Below, one piece after another: positions 1 through 12,171 of a stretch of 64,000 nt of DNA. Every line of letters starts with the position of its first letter. Position 1 is the stretch's first letter. Location of the stretch: positions 269,436 to 333,435 of the forward strand of contig MU619243.1 of the NCBI GenBank assembly GCA_025201805.1, in the 5' to 3' direction. The translations under genes were made by a program, and so were the position numbers. A model generated the notes under the pieces. That model was not told the origin of the DNA, ran no database searches, and saw only the letters and a program-made list of their open reading frames with translations. The stretch comes from Parasitella parasitica NRRL 2501. Its lineage: Eukaryota; Fungi; Mucoromycota.

Positions 1-431
1 GCGTCACATAAACGACGCCAGTGGTGTATCGGATATATATTTAAGACTCTATGTAATGTAATGAACACAGTGCACAAAAGTGGAACCTCTTTATGATATC
101 CTGGACTGGCAAGACATTTAAAGTAGTAGTCCTTTATTGTCCATGTCAACACCACATGGGTTGGAAGCACTGGTTATTCGATGCGTAAAAAAATATTGCA
201 TTGTAGTAAAAACACCAGATTTTAATAAGGTGCGATTGCCAGGTATACGTGTGCGTCCAACGTAGCCACAACGACCATCACCATGAAGGCATGATTACAC
301 AAAGAGAGGCCATCTGAGTGCACCCATTTTTAGTTGTTTTAAGGCCGCTAAAATAATGCAATAAATCTTGAAACAACAAGCAGCGGCTTTTTCTTTTTCT
401 TTTTCTTCTTCTATTACAACGACAGCACAAA

Positions 432-3400
432 ATGGCCATATTAACGTGGTTATTTGGATTATTGTGTATAATCCAACTAGCAACAGCTTACGAATACAAC
501 CCGCTCCTGGAAGACTATGATCTTGTCCCCAATACGCCACCGCTAAAGGCAACCTTCGACATGTTTGCTGCTTCTGGCGACGACAAGGATTGTCCTCCCT
601 GCTTCAACTGTCTACTGCCTGGTTTTGAATGTCTCCACTTTGCAAACTGCTCTGAGTATGACGGTAAGTGCAACTGCCCTCCTGGATTTGGTGGTGATGA
701 CTGCAAACAGCCCTGTAAGTATTGTATTCAATGTTTCTGCATAAAACTGGTTTGTTAATGCAGACTTATCTCAAGTGTGTGGTGCTCTGCCTGATGGTCG
801 CAACAGAGTTCCTCGAGAAAACAATCATTGCGATTGTCCTGAAGGATGGGAAGGAATAAATTGCAACGGTAAAAGTATAACGGGACGATTCGTCACGGAT
901 AACTGATAATGAAAGGAAATTACATTGTTTTTTTTTTAGTGTGCAAGACCGATTCGGTATGTGATTCCCTTGTGCCTACTGGACAGAATGGCACATGTTA
1001 TAAAAATGGCATTACAGTCTTTGAAAATTATCAAATGTGTAATGTTACCAGTAAGTGCAGTTTTTTTTTTAGTAATGAAATGTATACCACAATGCTAATG
1101 GTTCCAACGTTTACGTGATAAAAAAGACCGAAAAATCTTGGATCAGTTGAAAACACAAATTCCTCAAGTGACCTTTTCCTGTAACAAGAATCAAGCAACA
1201 TGTGATTTCCAATGTAAGCTATTCTTATAAAATGCCACTGCTGCTGTAGCGTATATTCACCCTTTTGTGCTTTATATATAGTTTGGGTTGACGAAATCGA
1301 ATCATTTTACTGCCATCTGAAAACTTGCAGTTTCGAACAGCAGTACGAATACGGCAAAAATACAACAAAATATACTTGTGAAAATATCGATTGTCGCTGC
1401 ATCAAAGATGAATTCCTTTGTGGCAAAGATGGCTCCATTGATTTGACAGGTAAATACAGGAACTGCGGTTACAAATCAACATGTCAGGCAACCATGCTAA
1501 AACTTACATGTGCCACATATATTTATAGATCTTTTGGCAGATGAGATCAAGGGCCCTGCTTCATTCAATTGCGCTGGCCCTAATTGTGCATTCTCAGAGC
1601 CTGCTATGGATGATCTGATATCTGCTGTCTTTGGGGATGATTCCATCTTCTTGGACTGCCATGGTGGTGAATGCTTGCACTACACAATGGTGCCTGGATT
1701 CGAACGACCCGAAAGACGTACCAATTGGATCATGATCATTAGTGGATTGTCTGGCGTGGCTGTATTTTTGGTTATCGTCGGCTGTGTAGTCACTTACTTT
1801 GCTAGAAAGAGAGGACCCGAGGGTGTGATCGAGATTGCTGATGATGAGGCGGGCAAACTCATGTCAGAACATACACCCACTAGTCTTATCTTTGACGATA
1901 TCAATTATCAGGTCAACAACAAAAAGATCTTGGAAGGGGCAAGTGGTATGGTTCAACCTGGTCAGGTAATGGCAATTTTAGGGCCTTCTGGCGCAGGCAA
2001 GACGACTCTACTGGACATTTTAGCAAAGCGTACCAAATCCGGCACTTCATCGGGCAACGTGTATTTGAACGGACAAAAACTGGATTCTTCTCATTACAAG
2101 AAATTGATCGGCTATGTGGATCAAGAAGAAGTGCTGATTCCTACATTGACAGTGTACGAGACCATCTTGTATTCTGCTTTGCTGCGCTTGCCACGTTCTA
2201 TGAGCGAAGCAGCAAAGAAATACAGAGTGATGGAGGTTATGCAAGAATTGGGCATTGATGCCATTAAGGATGCCAAGATCGGCCAACCTGGAGCTCGGTC
2301 TATCAGTGGTGGTGAGCGTCGTCGTGTTGCTATTGCTTGTGAATTGGTCACCTCCCCCTCCATCTTGTTCTTGGACGAACCTACCAGTGGTTTGGATGCT
2401 TATAATGCATTTAATGTGGTGGAATGCCTTGTTGCCCTAGCTAAAAACTACAAGCGAACTGTGGTTTTCACTATCCATCAACCCCGTTCAAACATTGTTA
2501 CATTATTCGACCAACTTGTGCTGGTGGCCAACGGAAGAATTGTATACTCTGGTCCTCAGTCCGAATCGCAGAACTATTTCAAGCAAATTGGCTATCCTTG
2601 TCCCCCTGGGTTTAATATCGCAGATTTCATGATTGACTTAACAATGGGTGCTGTGCGAAGAACACCTAAACTGCCTTCTTCTGTAGTACAAACATCAACT
2701 ACCACCAATTCTGCTTTTGCCGATGAAGATAGCTTCTTTGCCCCATCTGTTATACCAGATGGATTTAGCGATGGCCTAGAGAATACAACCGAGCAATGGG
2801 CTTCCGAGTTGAATACACGATCAAACAACCCTCAAAATCAGCAACTACAAGCTCAACACGAGGCTGCTGTAGCTGCTGCCAGTAGCCACACTCCCAACGT
2901 TATTGTAGAGCAAGCTCAAGCAGATGGTTTGTCTTCTCATCTTCGCCAATTGGTAGAATATTATGAACACAGTATCATTGCAAATGCGCTAAGGGAAAAT
3001 ATACAAACGGCTCTTTCACAAGCTCAACAGGAAAATGAAGGAGATGATGTTAGTACAAAGAGCATTCTTATTTACAAACGACCTGGTCCTTTTGCACAAT
3101 TCCAAATTTTGGCCAACAGAACTTTCAAGAATCTATATCGCAATCCAATGCTCATGTTTAGTCATTATGCTATGGCGGTTGTTCTTGCTCGTAAAGTGAA
3201 CTCTATGTCAACGTATATGTTTATCGTGCCTTAACATGATGTTTTATTTAGTTGTATGCGGCGGATTATTCTACCAAGTTTCCAACACAATTGCAGGATT
3301 CCAAAACCGCATGGGGTTATTCTTCTTTTATGAAGCACTTTTAGGCTTCATGTGTTTGACATCGTTGCAAGTCTTTAGCAGCGAGCGTATTTTGTTTGCT

Positions 3401-4047
3401 CGTGAACGCGCGAATGGATACTATTCACCTACAACATACTTTTTATCAAAGATTTTGTTTGATATTATCCCTTTGCGTGTAGTTCCTCCCCTGATGATGG
3501 CTTTGATTTCATATTCCATGGTGGGTTTGGTAGAGGGCGTTACTGAATTTTTCAAATTCTTGCTAGTCCTCGTCTTGTTCAATTTGACAGCTGCCGCTCT
3601 CTGTCTAGCAATTGGTATTGTCGTAAAGAACTTGTCTTTGGCCAACTTGCTTGCTTGCATGGCTATCTTGTTTTCCATGCTGTTTGCTGGCTTATTACTC
3701 AACAAAGGTTTGTAAACGAGATTAGAAAGACTCCTCCTTTCACAGAACCTAACATTTAGAGACACAACTTTGTAGATACCATGTCGCCCTATTTCAGTTG
3801 GCTCAAGTACCTATCCTTCTTCAACTATGCCTTAGAAGCCATGTTGGTTAATGAATTGCTGTACCTTCAGCTAGTAGAGGAAAGATTCGGCTTGAAGATC
3901 GACGTTCCTGGAGCTACCATTTTGTCTACTTTTGGTTTCAATGCAAAGAATTACTGGCCCGATGTCATTCGTTTGAGCTCCATGTTTGCTTTGTTTATTT
4001 TGATTGCTTATGTTTGGCTTGTATTGTTTGTCAAAGAAAGACGATAG
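432..4047 (+). CDS. ADP1: ADP1-like ABCG half-transporter with signal peptide and Cys-rich EGF-like N-terminus (8 exons)
   Basis: Signal peptide; CPPCFNC...[15 protein letters not shown] repeats; Walker A GPSGAGKT, signature ISGGERRRV, Walker [12 protein letters not shown]; ABC2 membrane domain. GT-AG introns start at ~715, 869, 1051, 1214, 1450, 3191 and 3708. Confidence 0.93.
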
Positions 4048-4613
4048 GACTCTCCTACTTTCCTTACATTCATCTACATTTAATCTTATTCTTGTAAATA
4101 AATCTAGTTTTGCCATGAACAAAACGCCATTGTGGCTTAAAATGCATATTGACAGCAAGGAGAAGGTAGAATGAATTCCTTGCTTATTAGGGGTGTGCCG
4201 TATACTTTTTGAGTGTTCGCATTGGTAATACCGGAAACTTGAAAACACATTTCTTGGGCTCCACCGCATTTCCAAATACATTTGCATGCTTACTTTCGTA
4301 AAACCATTTATCATAAACTTAATTCAACGCTAGTAATGCTTAATTATTTTATTCTTTATAATTACAGGAGCTTTAAATTGCATATAGTACCCCACCTTGG
4401 TTATAATTAATATCATCCCACATCAGATTTACAAACTTAAAATCGTCATAGATGCAACAGGCAAAAAAAGTATCTCTTGTGTTACACTTTGTGTACCAAA
4501 TTGACGTCAATATGTGATCAGGCGATAGCTTAGTACCAATATCTCTTTCATTTGTTATAAATACAAGCGTGGTCTTTACTTGAACTCTGCTTGTCAAATT
4601 TTAACTACCAATA

Positions 4614-4895
4614 ATGTTTACTCAAATCTCTACTCGCTTCGCTGCTAATTGTGCTCGCTGCTCCAATATTTCATCGCGCCGTACTTTGCACATGACATCT
4701 ATTGTTCGTTCTGAAGGTTCTACAGCTAGTTCCAAGGGATTCAAGGAGAAGGAAACCGCTGTAGAAAACCAATGGGCTCGTTCTCATGATGCTGAATTAC
4801 TCAAAACCTTGAAAAAGACTTTGGCCCAGCAAGAACAAGCTACCGCTGACATCAAACAAAAGTTGACTGAATTGGAATCCAAGCAAAAGAAATAA
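4614..4895 (+). CDS. INH1: Mitochondrial F1Fo-ATPase inhibitor (IATP/INH1 family)
   Basis: Arg/Ser-rich presequence, SEGST..SKGFKEKETAVENQWARSHDAE motif, C-terminal coiled coil. Confidence 0.85.
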   Translation: MFTQISTRFAANCARCSNISSRRTLHMTSIVRSEGSTASSKGFKEKETAVENQWARSHDAELLKTLKKTLAQQEQATADIKQKLTELESKQKK

Positions 4896-5060
4896 GATGC
4901 TAAACATCACACACTCTCTCCCATTCCCCACCTCGACATGCTTACATACACAATCTGTAAATTATGAATCAATTAAATAAATCCCTTTTTGTCTTTTTCA
5001 ACATAGCTGTACGTATGCTTCTTTTTATTTCCGTAAAATAATGAAAAAAGGGATTTGTGT

Positions 5061-6045
5061 TTAAACCTTGAAACCACGAGAAGCACGCTTACCACGAGCA
5101 CGTTCGAATTTACGACCCTTGGAGCGGACAAAAGGCTTCTTATTCTTATGGGGGCCCATACCGAAATGCTTGACAGACTCACGAGAGTTCTTGGCACCAC
5201 GGACGAGGATGGTGTTGGCACCAGTAGGAGCACGGAGAGCCAATTGATCCAAGGTCAGAACTTCACCACCAGCCTTCAAGATACGAGCCTTGGCGGTCTT
5301 GGTAAAGTGAAGAGCAGCAACAGAGAGCTTGGGGAGGTCCAAAAGACGAGAGTCATCGGTAACGGAACCAACAACGACGACAGTCTTACCTTCCTTGTTG
5401 TTTTTGACAATGCGAGAAACAGTGACAGGAGGGCGGTTGACGCGAGACATAAAGAGGCGCTTCAAGACAACCTTGTTGAAGTTGGCATCAGTACGACGAG
5501 CAAGGAAGCGGTAAAGCTATGGAGAGTTAAATTATCAAAGTTGATTTTCCACCGAGATTTTCGACTAATTTACCTTGACCAACAAGGCCAAGTAGACATT
5601 GTCAGACTTGGGGGCAGTACGGTTGGAGTTCTTGACGTGATGCTTTTTGAGGTCGATACCCTATATCCAACACAAATAGAGTTTGTTAAAACCAAAAAAA
5701 AAAAAAAAACCCCTCTTCTTCTCAACAGTCGATAATAGATTAAAAGACCAATGAATGGGATAAGGCTAATAGTCGAATGTTGTATAATTGCTGCTACAAA
5801 CAAATTGTGTATGAATGTATCTGTTTTATCTGCATTTGATATTTCCAAATCATAAAATATGGGTGTTCAAGCAAAAGACGGTGGTATGTCTATACTTGGT
5901 TTTACTATTGCATGTTGCAAAATCTATCCCATCCATAACAATCGATCATCGTTGCAATCCATCCACCTTCTCAGTTCACCCATTGCATCCATCCATGCAT
6001 CATTTAATCTATTATCGACATTGTAAGGATTGATTATGTTACCAT
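5061..6045 (-). CDS. RPL18: 60S ribosomal protein L18 (eL18); ATG-only first exon (6045-6043), 382-nt first intron, short second intron
   Basis: Spliced product [60 protein letters not shown]...[16 protein letters not shown]. Confidence 0.96.
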
Positions 6046-6138
6046 TTTAGACTACAAGGAGAAGAGAATGATCCAAAGGTTTGGCCTTTACGCCACCAAC
6101 TATAATTTCACATCCCAACGTATCCAATTTTGCCCTGC

Positions 6139-6167
<29 letters not shown>

Positions 6168-6172
<5 letters not shown>

Positions 6173-6235
6173 TCAAAGGCACCTTGTCCAATGGTCTGCA
6201 ATACTTTGAAATGTGCTAAATGGACGTCTACTTGA
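6168..6235 (-). pseudogene. Fragment of a Ser/Thr kinase N-lobe (AGC/YANK-like) ending in a poly(A) run
   Basis: DVHLAHFKVLQTIGQGAFDK resembles kinase subdomain I (GxGxFG with the last G replaced by D), then runs into ~30 A. Confidence 0.5.
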
Positions 6236-6701
6236 GATGTTAATGTCTGTTGGGCTGAGTTGAAGCAATGTTCACTGTTTAAAAGACCTTTTTTTTTCTG
6301 TGTGTCAGACAATCCATAGTCGACCGAACCGGATACGTGACATTATTCTTTCTACCCATTTTAGGCAAATGGAATTAGTTTCAGACATTACAATGATATA
6401 TATTCGTAAATCGACGTTATATTCAATAAAAGGCAAAGGCAAGTTGAGCTATGCAAATTTGCTCTAATAACAAGGTTTCACTGTCTTTACTATTTCTGCC
6501 TTGCTATAGTTTTAATATTTTCATACTGTATTGAAACGACTGCAGCTTTCAATCAGGACATAAACAATAATGCCCGCAATTGTAAAAATATTTACAATTT
6601 TAGATCATACCATACTACAAGATTTTGAACAAACTCGATATAATTTTAAAACATATTGATACTGCAAAAAGAGAGTATATGATGCCATGCTCAAACTGAA
6701 A

Positions 6702-9098
6702 CTAAGAAACTATACTATAATCCATGTCTGTACGAATAGTGACAATTGGAGCAGGCAGACGAGGGCTCTCTTGAGAACTAGAATTATCCCCGAGTACATT
6801 TTCTTGTTCCTGAGAAGGATCACTCTGCTCCAAATGCGCTTCTGCATCGGGATCGATAACATTTTTATCGCTGATGGTTTTGCTGGTTGATGAGGATGAA
6901 ACAGCTGCTCGCTTGACCGATTTACTATTGCGATTTGTTTGCTTGGAAGACACATGCAACTTTTTAGCACGCTTTAACTTCACCGACTTCATTCTGTGCT
7001 GAGCATGGAGATGTATTCGGTATGTTTCAACGTCCTTGAATTTGACTAGACAAGCACGACAAAAGAAGTTGGGGTCGTGGATATCAGGGGCGATGTTGTA
7101 GACTGATGTATCTTTAAGATGAATCCCAAAAACATGGCTCTGGAAAGAGACTTTTGTAGCAAAGAACCTATCACAGATATCGCAGTATTTGTTGGGGTCC
7201 TCGAAATCAGGCGCATATTCTCTTGCAAGAGGCATATTGTGTTGCGTGTGACAATGTACACGGTAAGCTTTATGATTTGGTGAATGTGTTTGACAGATTT
7301 CGCAATAAAAGGTGGGTTCGTCAATGTTTGGTTGTCTGAGCCTTGTATGGTGAGTGCGTATGTGATGAGATAAAAGATTCTTTGAGGCAAACTTGGTATC
7401 GCATATGCTACAATACTTGATTGGCGACACTCTATGCAATATTTGGCAGTGCAGTAAGAAGGATTTTCGGTCAGTTGAATAGTCATCGCAGATGCAGCAA
7501 TAAAAGTCGCGACTGCTCAAGTCAGGAACGAGTAGTTCGAATGCCTTGTCTGAATGGTATTTGAGAAAATGAATTTTGTAAGATACAAATGTGGTATAGA
7601 CGTTCTTGCAATGATAACAAAAGGTATTTGGAGTGGGTGGTGGTGTGCTATGTATTTGCTCGCAGTGGTGAATAAAGGTTCTTTCTGATTTAAAGTTTTG
7701 CTGGCAGATGTAGCAAAACGACAGTCTTTTCGAATGGTGTGTTCTCCAATGGTCTTCGTATGGACCTCTGTCAGCAAAACTCTGATTACATTCACGGCAA
7801 CGATAGGTGGGGAAAAAAGCGATGGTCCCACTTTTGTCAACTACCTTGTTATGGTGGTGTTTGAGCATGTGCTTTTGATACCCGCTGTCCGTTACGTTGA
7901 ACCTTTTACAGCTTCGACAATATGGAGCATTACCTTCGGTGCTGTTTGAACCTCTTTTCTCGCTTTCTTCTTCGGTTTCAGTCTTGTCCTCGTCCTCGGG
8001 CTCGTCCTCGGGCTCGGGCTCGGGCTCGGGCTCAATCTCGGTTTCGGTTTTGATCACATGCCTCATCCTATTCTCAGTATCAACCTCAGTCTCCGTCTTA
8101 GCCCCTGTCTCGATCTCAGGCATAGCATTGCTCTCAACTTCAGGTTCAACATTGGCCTTCTTTCTACGTTTTGTCTTTATGCTTTTGGTTGATTTTATCT
8201 TCGGAATTGCTACGCCATGATGTATACGGCAGTGTTGCCAATAGCCTGGTTGACTCCTTCCCTGGAAGTTGCATACTCTACAGTGGAATCTATGATTAAA
8301 CAAATCTGGAAAGGAGGCTCTTGCAGCTGCTGAAGTAACGTCATGAATATGGTGGCAATGACCATGATACCCTTTGATAGTAGAGAAAGTGATGTCGCAT
8401 GAATCACAATGATAATTGGGGTCTTGCCAGTTTGGGAGCGTATCAGGAAAGCGTATGATATTGACATTATGTCGAACTATCAAATGTATGCGGTATGAGT
8501 CCTTACGACTGAATTGCTTGTTGCAGACACGGCAATGGTGATCGGGATCATCGATATCGGGGTAGAGTTCAGCATCCTCTTCAGGAACTAATACATCGTA
8601 GTTGTGATGAACTCTTAAATGGCTGTCATAATGGTTTTTTGTGGTGTATTCGATTTTGCACACACGGCAATAATGGTTGGGATCATTGGGATCTGGGTTT
8701 TCTTGGTTGCGACTATACATTGAAGCAGCCTCAATCTTTTGAGCGGAATCCTTGTATTCAAGCTTGATGTTAATGGCCAGCTCCTCCTCCTCGTGATCAT
8801 AGCCTTCAGTTTTAGTTTCCAAAATACTATACATATCCTCAATCTCAACTTTGACATTCCTGGATATAATCTCTTCGTCTTCTTCGAGTTCGTCTTCCAT
8901 ATCGTCGTCGTACACTTCTTCCAATTCGTATTCTTTGTCGCTATCCTCATTCAATTCAAGGCGCGTTCTTTTCTTTGAACCTGAATACTCATTCTTGATA
9001 TGCTTTGCTTCTATTTCTGCTACACTCTGCATAGCAGCACTAAGCTCTTGCTTTAAGCTCAATTTTTGTATAGCTTCTTTTGGGTGGGTTGGCAACAT
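6702..9098 (-). CDS. Intronless multi-C2H2 zinc-finger protein (798 aa, ~13 fingers)
   Basis: 13 CxxC-x12-HxxxxH units, many preceded by PDxxDPNx[HYF]; acidic N-terminus; (EP)n/acidic spacer. Confidence 0.88.
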   Translation of the reverse strand: MLPTHPKEAIQKLSLKQELSAAMQSVAEIEAKHIKNEYSGSKKRTRLELNEDSDKEYELEEVYDDDMEDELEEDEEIISRNVKVEIEDMYSILETKTEGYDHEEEELAINIKLEYKDSAQKIEAASMYSRNQENPDPNDPNHYCRVCKIEYTTKNHYDSHLRVHHNYDVLVPEEDAELYPDIDDPDHHCRVCNKQFSRKDSYRIHLIVRHNVNIIRFPDTLPNWQDPNYHCDSCDITFSTIKGYHGHCHHIHDVTSAAARASFPDLFNHRFHCRVCNFQGRSQPGYWQHCRIHHGVAIPKIKSTKSIKTKRRKKANVEPEVESNAMPEIETGAKTETEVDTENRMRHVIKTETEIEPEPEPEPEDEPEDEDKTETEEESEKRGSNSTEGNAPYCRSCKRFNVTDSGYQKHMLKHHHNKVVDKSGTIAFFPTYRCRECNQSFADRGPYEDHWRTHHSKRLSFCYICQQNFKSERTFIHHCEQIHSTPPPTPNTFCYHCKNVYTTFVSYKIHFLKYHSDKAFELLVPDLSSRDFYCCICDDYSTDRKSFLLHCQILHRVSPIKYCSICDTKFASKNLLSHHIRTHHTRLRQPNIDEPTFYCEICQTHSPNHKAYRVHCHTQHNMPLAREYAPDFEDPNKYCDICDRFFATKVSFQSHVFGIHLKDTSVYNIAPDIHDPNFFCRACLVKFKDVETYRIHLHAQHRMKSVKLKRAKKLHVSSKQTNRNSKSVKRAAVSSSSTSKTISDKNVIDPDAEAHLEQSDPSQEQENVLGDNSSSQESPRLPAPIVTIRTDMDYSIVS

Positions 9099-9913
9099 GA
9101 TTTTAACTTGAAAAACCGTCTAATATAATAGGTTAAACAACAGTTGATACTTTCAGAAAGAAAAAATCACTTTACGTTTTCAGTATCGTGCATCGTTAAA
9201 ATAAAATTTGGAAATTATATTTTTTTTTCAACCAATGAAAAAATTCAAAAAATTCAAAAACCTTCCAAATTTAGAAGGTAAATGAGTGAATGATACTAAT
9301 AATCGAGTGAAAGATACTAAATATTTCCCTGCATTTGAGACAGTAAAATTAAGTCCTGACTTGCCGATACCTTGTCTTAAGTAAAATCCGACTCAAACCG
9401 GAAGTCTCGTTTATTATTAGGCCCTGAAGTTTGAGATCATATATAAACCTTCACATTTTCGATTTATTNNNNNNNNNNNNNNNNNNNNNNNNNNNNNNNN
9501 NNNNNNNNNNNNNNNNNNNNNNNNNNNNNNNNNNNNNNNNNNNNNNNNNNNNNNNNNNNNNNNNNNNNNNNNNNNNNNNNNNNNNNNNNNNNNNNNNNNN
9601 NNNNNNNNNNNNNNNNNNNNNNNNNNNNNNNNNNNNNNNNNNNNNNNNNNNNNNNNNNNNNNNNNNNNNNNNNNNNNNNNNNNNNNNNNNNNNNNNNNNN
9701 NNNNNNNNNNNNNNNNNNNNNNNNNNNNNNNNNNNNNNNNNNNNNNNNNNNNNNNNNNNNNNNNNNNNNNNNNNNNNNNNNNNNNNNNNNNNNNNNNNNN
9801 NNNNNNNNNNNNNNNNNNNNNNNNNNNNNNNNNNNNNNNNNNNNNNNNNNNNNNNNNNNNNNNNNNNNNNNNNNNNNNNNNNNNNNNNNNNNNNNNNNNN
9901 NNNNNNNNNNNNN

Positions 9914-12171
9914 CATGCTCTTTTCTTTCTTTGAGGAGTTTGTTTTCAACCGTAAATACATCAAGAGTATGATACCAAATGAACATGCTCGCACTCAGAT
10001 CAGCTTGGTTGAGGAAGTAGATGAAAACGAGGCTTCAAACTCTTCCCCAACTTTATTACAGAGTAAGCAAGATATTTTTGCTGCTCTACACATTGTTGTA
10101 TTAACTTTTTCATCTCTAGTGCAAGCTACTGCTTCACGAAACAAATCGGGAAAGCATGTACAAGTTTCCATTCCTAATGGCAATTCATCGACAGACCAAT
10201 ACAGAAAAGGGATGAGTTGGCTCTTCGAATACCAATGCCAGCAGAGAGGTGGTCTCCCGTGGCCGAATCCCACCCACGATAAAGCCTTGAAATCGCTGTT
10301 GAATCGACGTAAACACAACATGAAGTATGACGAGGTAAATGCTGATCCTGATAGAAATGCCCATTGTACCCTCCGAGAGTCATACACACCTGCTGAGCTG
10401 TGTAGAGTCCTTAAGTCTCTCTGGAAAGAGACTAATGTTAGGGAGCTCTTCACCATTTGTGCACGCCACCACTTTCTTTTCCGCGATGAAGACATTAGAA
10501 ACTTGAACTTCTCTGATTGTTTTGCTGTCACAGCCTATCAACAATACAATAACGCTGGTATGCAAAAGGAAGTCGTTTTGGTTATCTGCATGAAGAAAGG
10601 AAAGACGATGAAAGAAGGCGAAACAAGATATGTCTGTGCTCTTCGCCATGAAAACATCTCCAGGTGCCCCATAAGTGCTTTTGCATTCTATGTTTTTAGT
10701 TTACTTCAGGTATATGAATAAGTTAATTATTGCTTTTGAGCTAAATACTAATGGTTCAAACTAGAATGATGAAGGGAAAAGCATTGTAAACGAAGATCGA
10801 TTCAGTTTCTACAAAGCTGTCAGAGGTAGATTCAGCGGCGAGAAGAGTATATGCAATACCCAAAATTGGAATGTTTGCAAGAAAATTTTTATCAACCATG
10901 GCATCCACACGCCCAAAGTTACTCACGGTGGTCGCCATTCTGGTTCAGTAGAAGCTCATACGATTGGTGTTTCGATGGGCGACCTAAAGCATGGAGGTGG
11001 TTGGAGAGAGGGCTTAAGTCGTCTCGAAACTAATTACATTGGAAAGCTGCCCCTTCCTTTCGCTCGTGGCATGGCTGGGTTCAAGAACAAACCATTCCAT
11101 CTGGAGAGAAACATCATCAGCCCGTCCATAGATTTACAGCGTAAAATCTTTCCATGGATCGAGAGTGTTTACGGCGTTAGTAAAGAGTGGTAAGACGTTT
11201 GCACCAGAGAAATGAACGAATACGACGACAACTATGATGATGGTGAAGAGCCCGAGCATTCACAAATGAACGTTGTCGAAGAGGATGGACAAGGTGGGTC
11301 GAAAGCCCAAGTTGAAAAAACTCACGAGCCTGCCCAAGTAACTGCTGCCGATATCAACAAACGTGGGTTTCTTAAGCTACTTGTCCGCCTCCGCAGGGTA
11401 ATCCTTCAAGACGCTGCCGCAATGCTCTTCTTGAACAGACCCAACAAACTACTTGAAGATGCTATATTTTCAACTCCTGAGTTTTTAGCCTTCAAAGAAG
11501 ATGTTTTCTCGGTCCTCCGCAACTCTGATGTCCCTAGTAGATTGCAAGAATTTGAAGGCCTTGTTCCCGAAATCATCAATGCCCAAAGGGAATTATCTGG
11601 CAGCACTCTGCAAATAAACAATCAGATCTTGCGCACCAACCAACACTTTGACAAGCAATTTGCTTTTATGATGCATACCATCAACAGCAATCATAAACAA
11701 GAAGTTGAGGCCAAATCTCACCACAATTCTTTATTGAATGCACTGTCCTTCCAGCTGCAACAGCAAGATCAACAGATAAAACAGCAACAGGCCATGATCC
11801 AGACAATGTTAACAAGCCAACAATTCCTAACGTCGCAGCTACAACTTGCCTTGGCTGGCCAAGGTAGTAATTATGGATCTTCTGCCTTTGTGTCTTCTCC
11901 CTCTGCAGCATCTGCCTCTGTTCCTCCTGCCTCTCTTCTTCCAACCGCCTTACCTTCTGCTTCTATGCCTCCTGCCTTTGTGCCTTTCGCCTCTGTGCCT
12001 TCCGCCTTTGTGCCCTCTGCCTCTGTGCCTTTTGTCCCTGCTCCACCCTCTCGCCCTCTTACACCTCTTCATATTAGACCGACGCCTCCTTTGATGGCCA
12101 AAAACCGAAGAACGAAGGGAAAAGGTAAAGCAAAGGATATATCTTTTATTCCTTACCAGCCTGAGCCTTGA
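9914..12171 (+). mobile_element. Crypton-like tyrosine-recombinase transposon gene (Ndc10 domain II-like); 5' part lost in N gap; in-frame TAA at 11191-11193
   Basis: After removing intron 10711-10764 the frame is continuous: LFRDEDIR (R), KKGKT (K), RHENISRCPISAFAFY, THGGRH (HxxR), GGW (W), LETNY (Y), FARGMAGF, LQRKIFPWIE, LRRVILQDAAA. Confidence 0.85.

Noticed and set aside
5055-5735. 226-aa plus-strand ORF
   Set aside because: Antisense shadow of the codon-biased RPL18 gene
9417-9994. ORFs made mostly of X
   Set aside because: Artefacts of the N gap at 9469-9913
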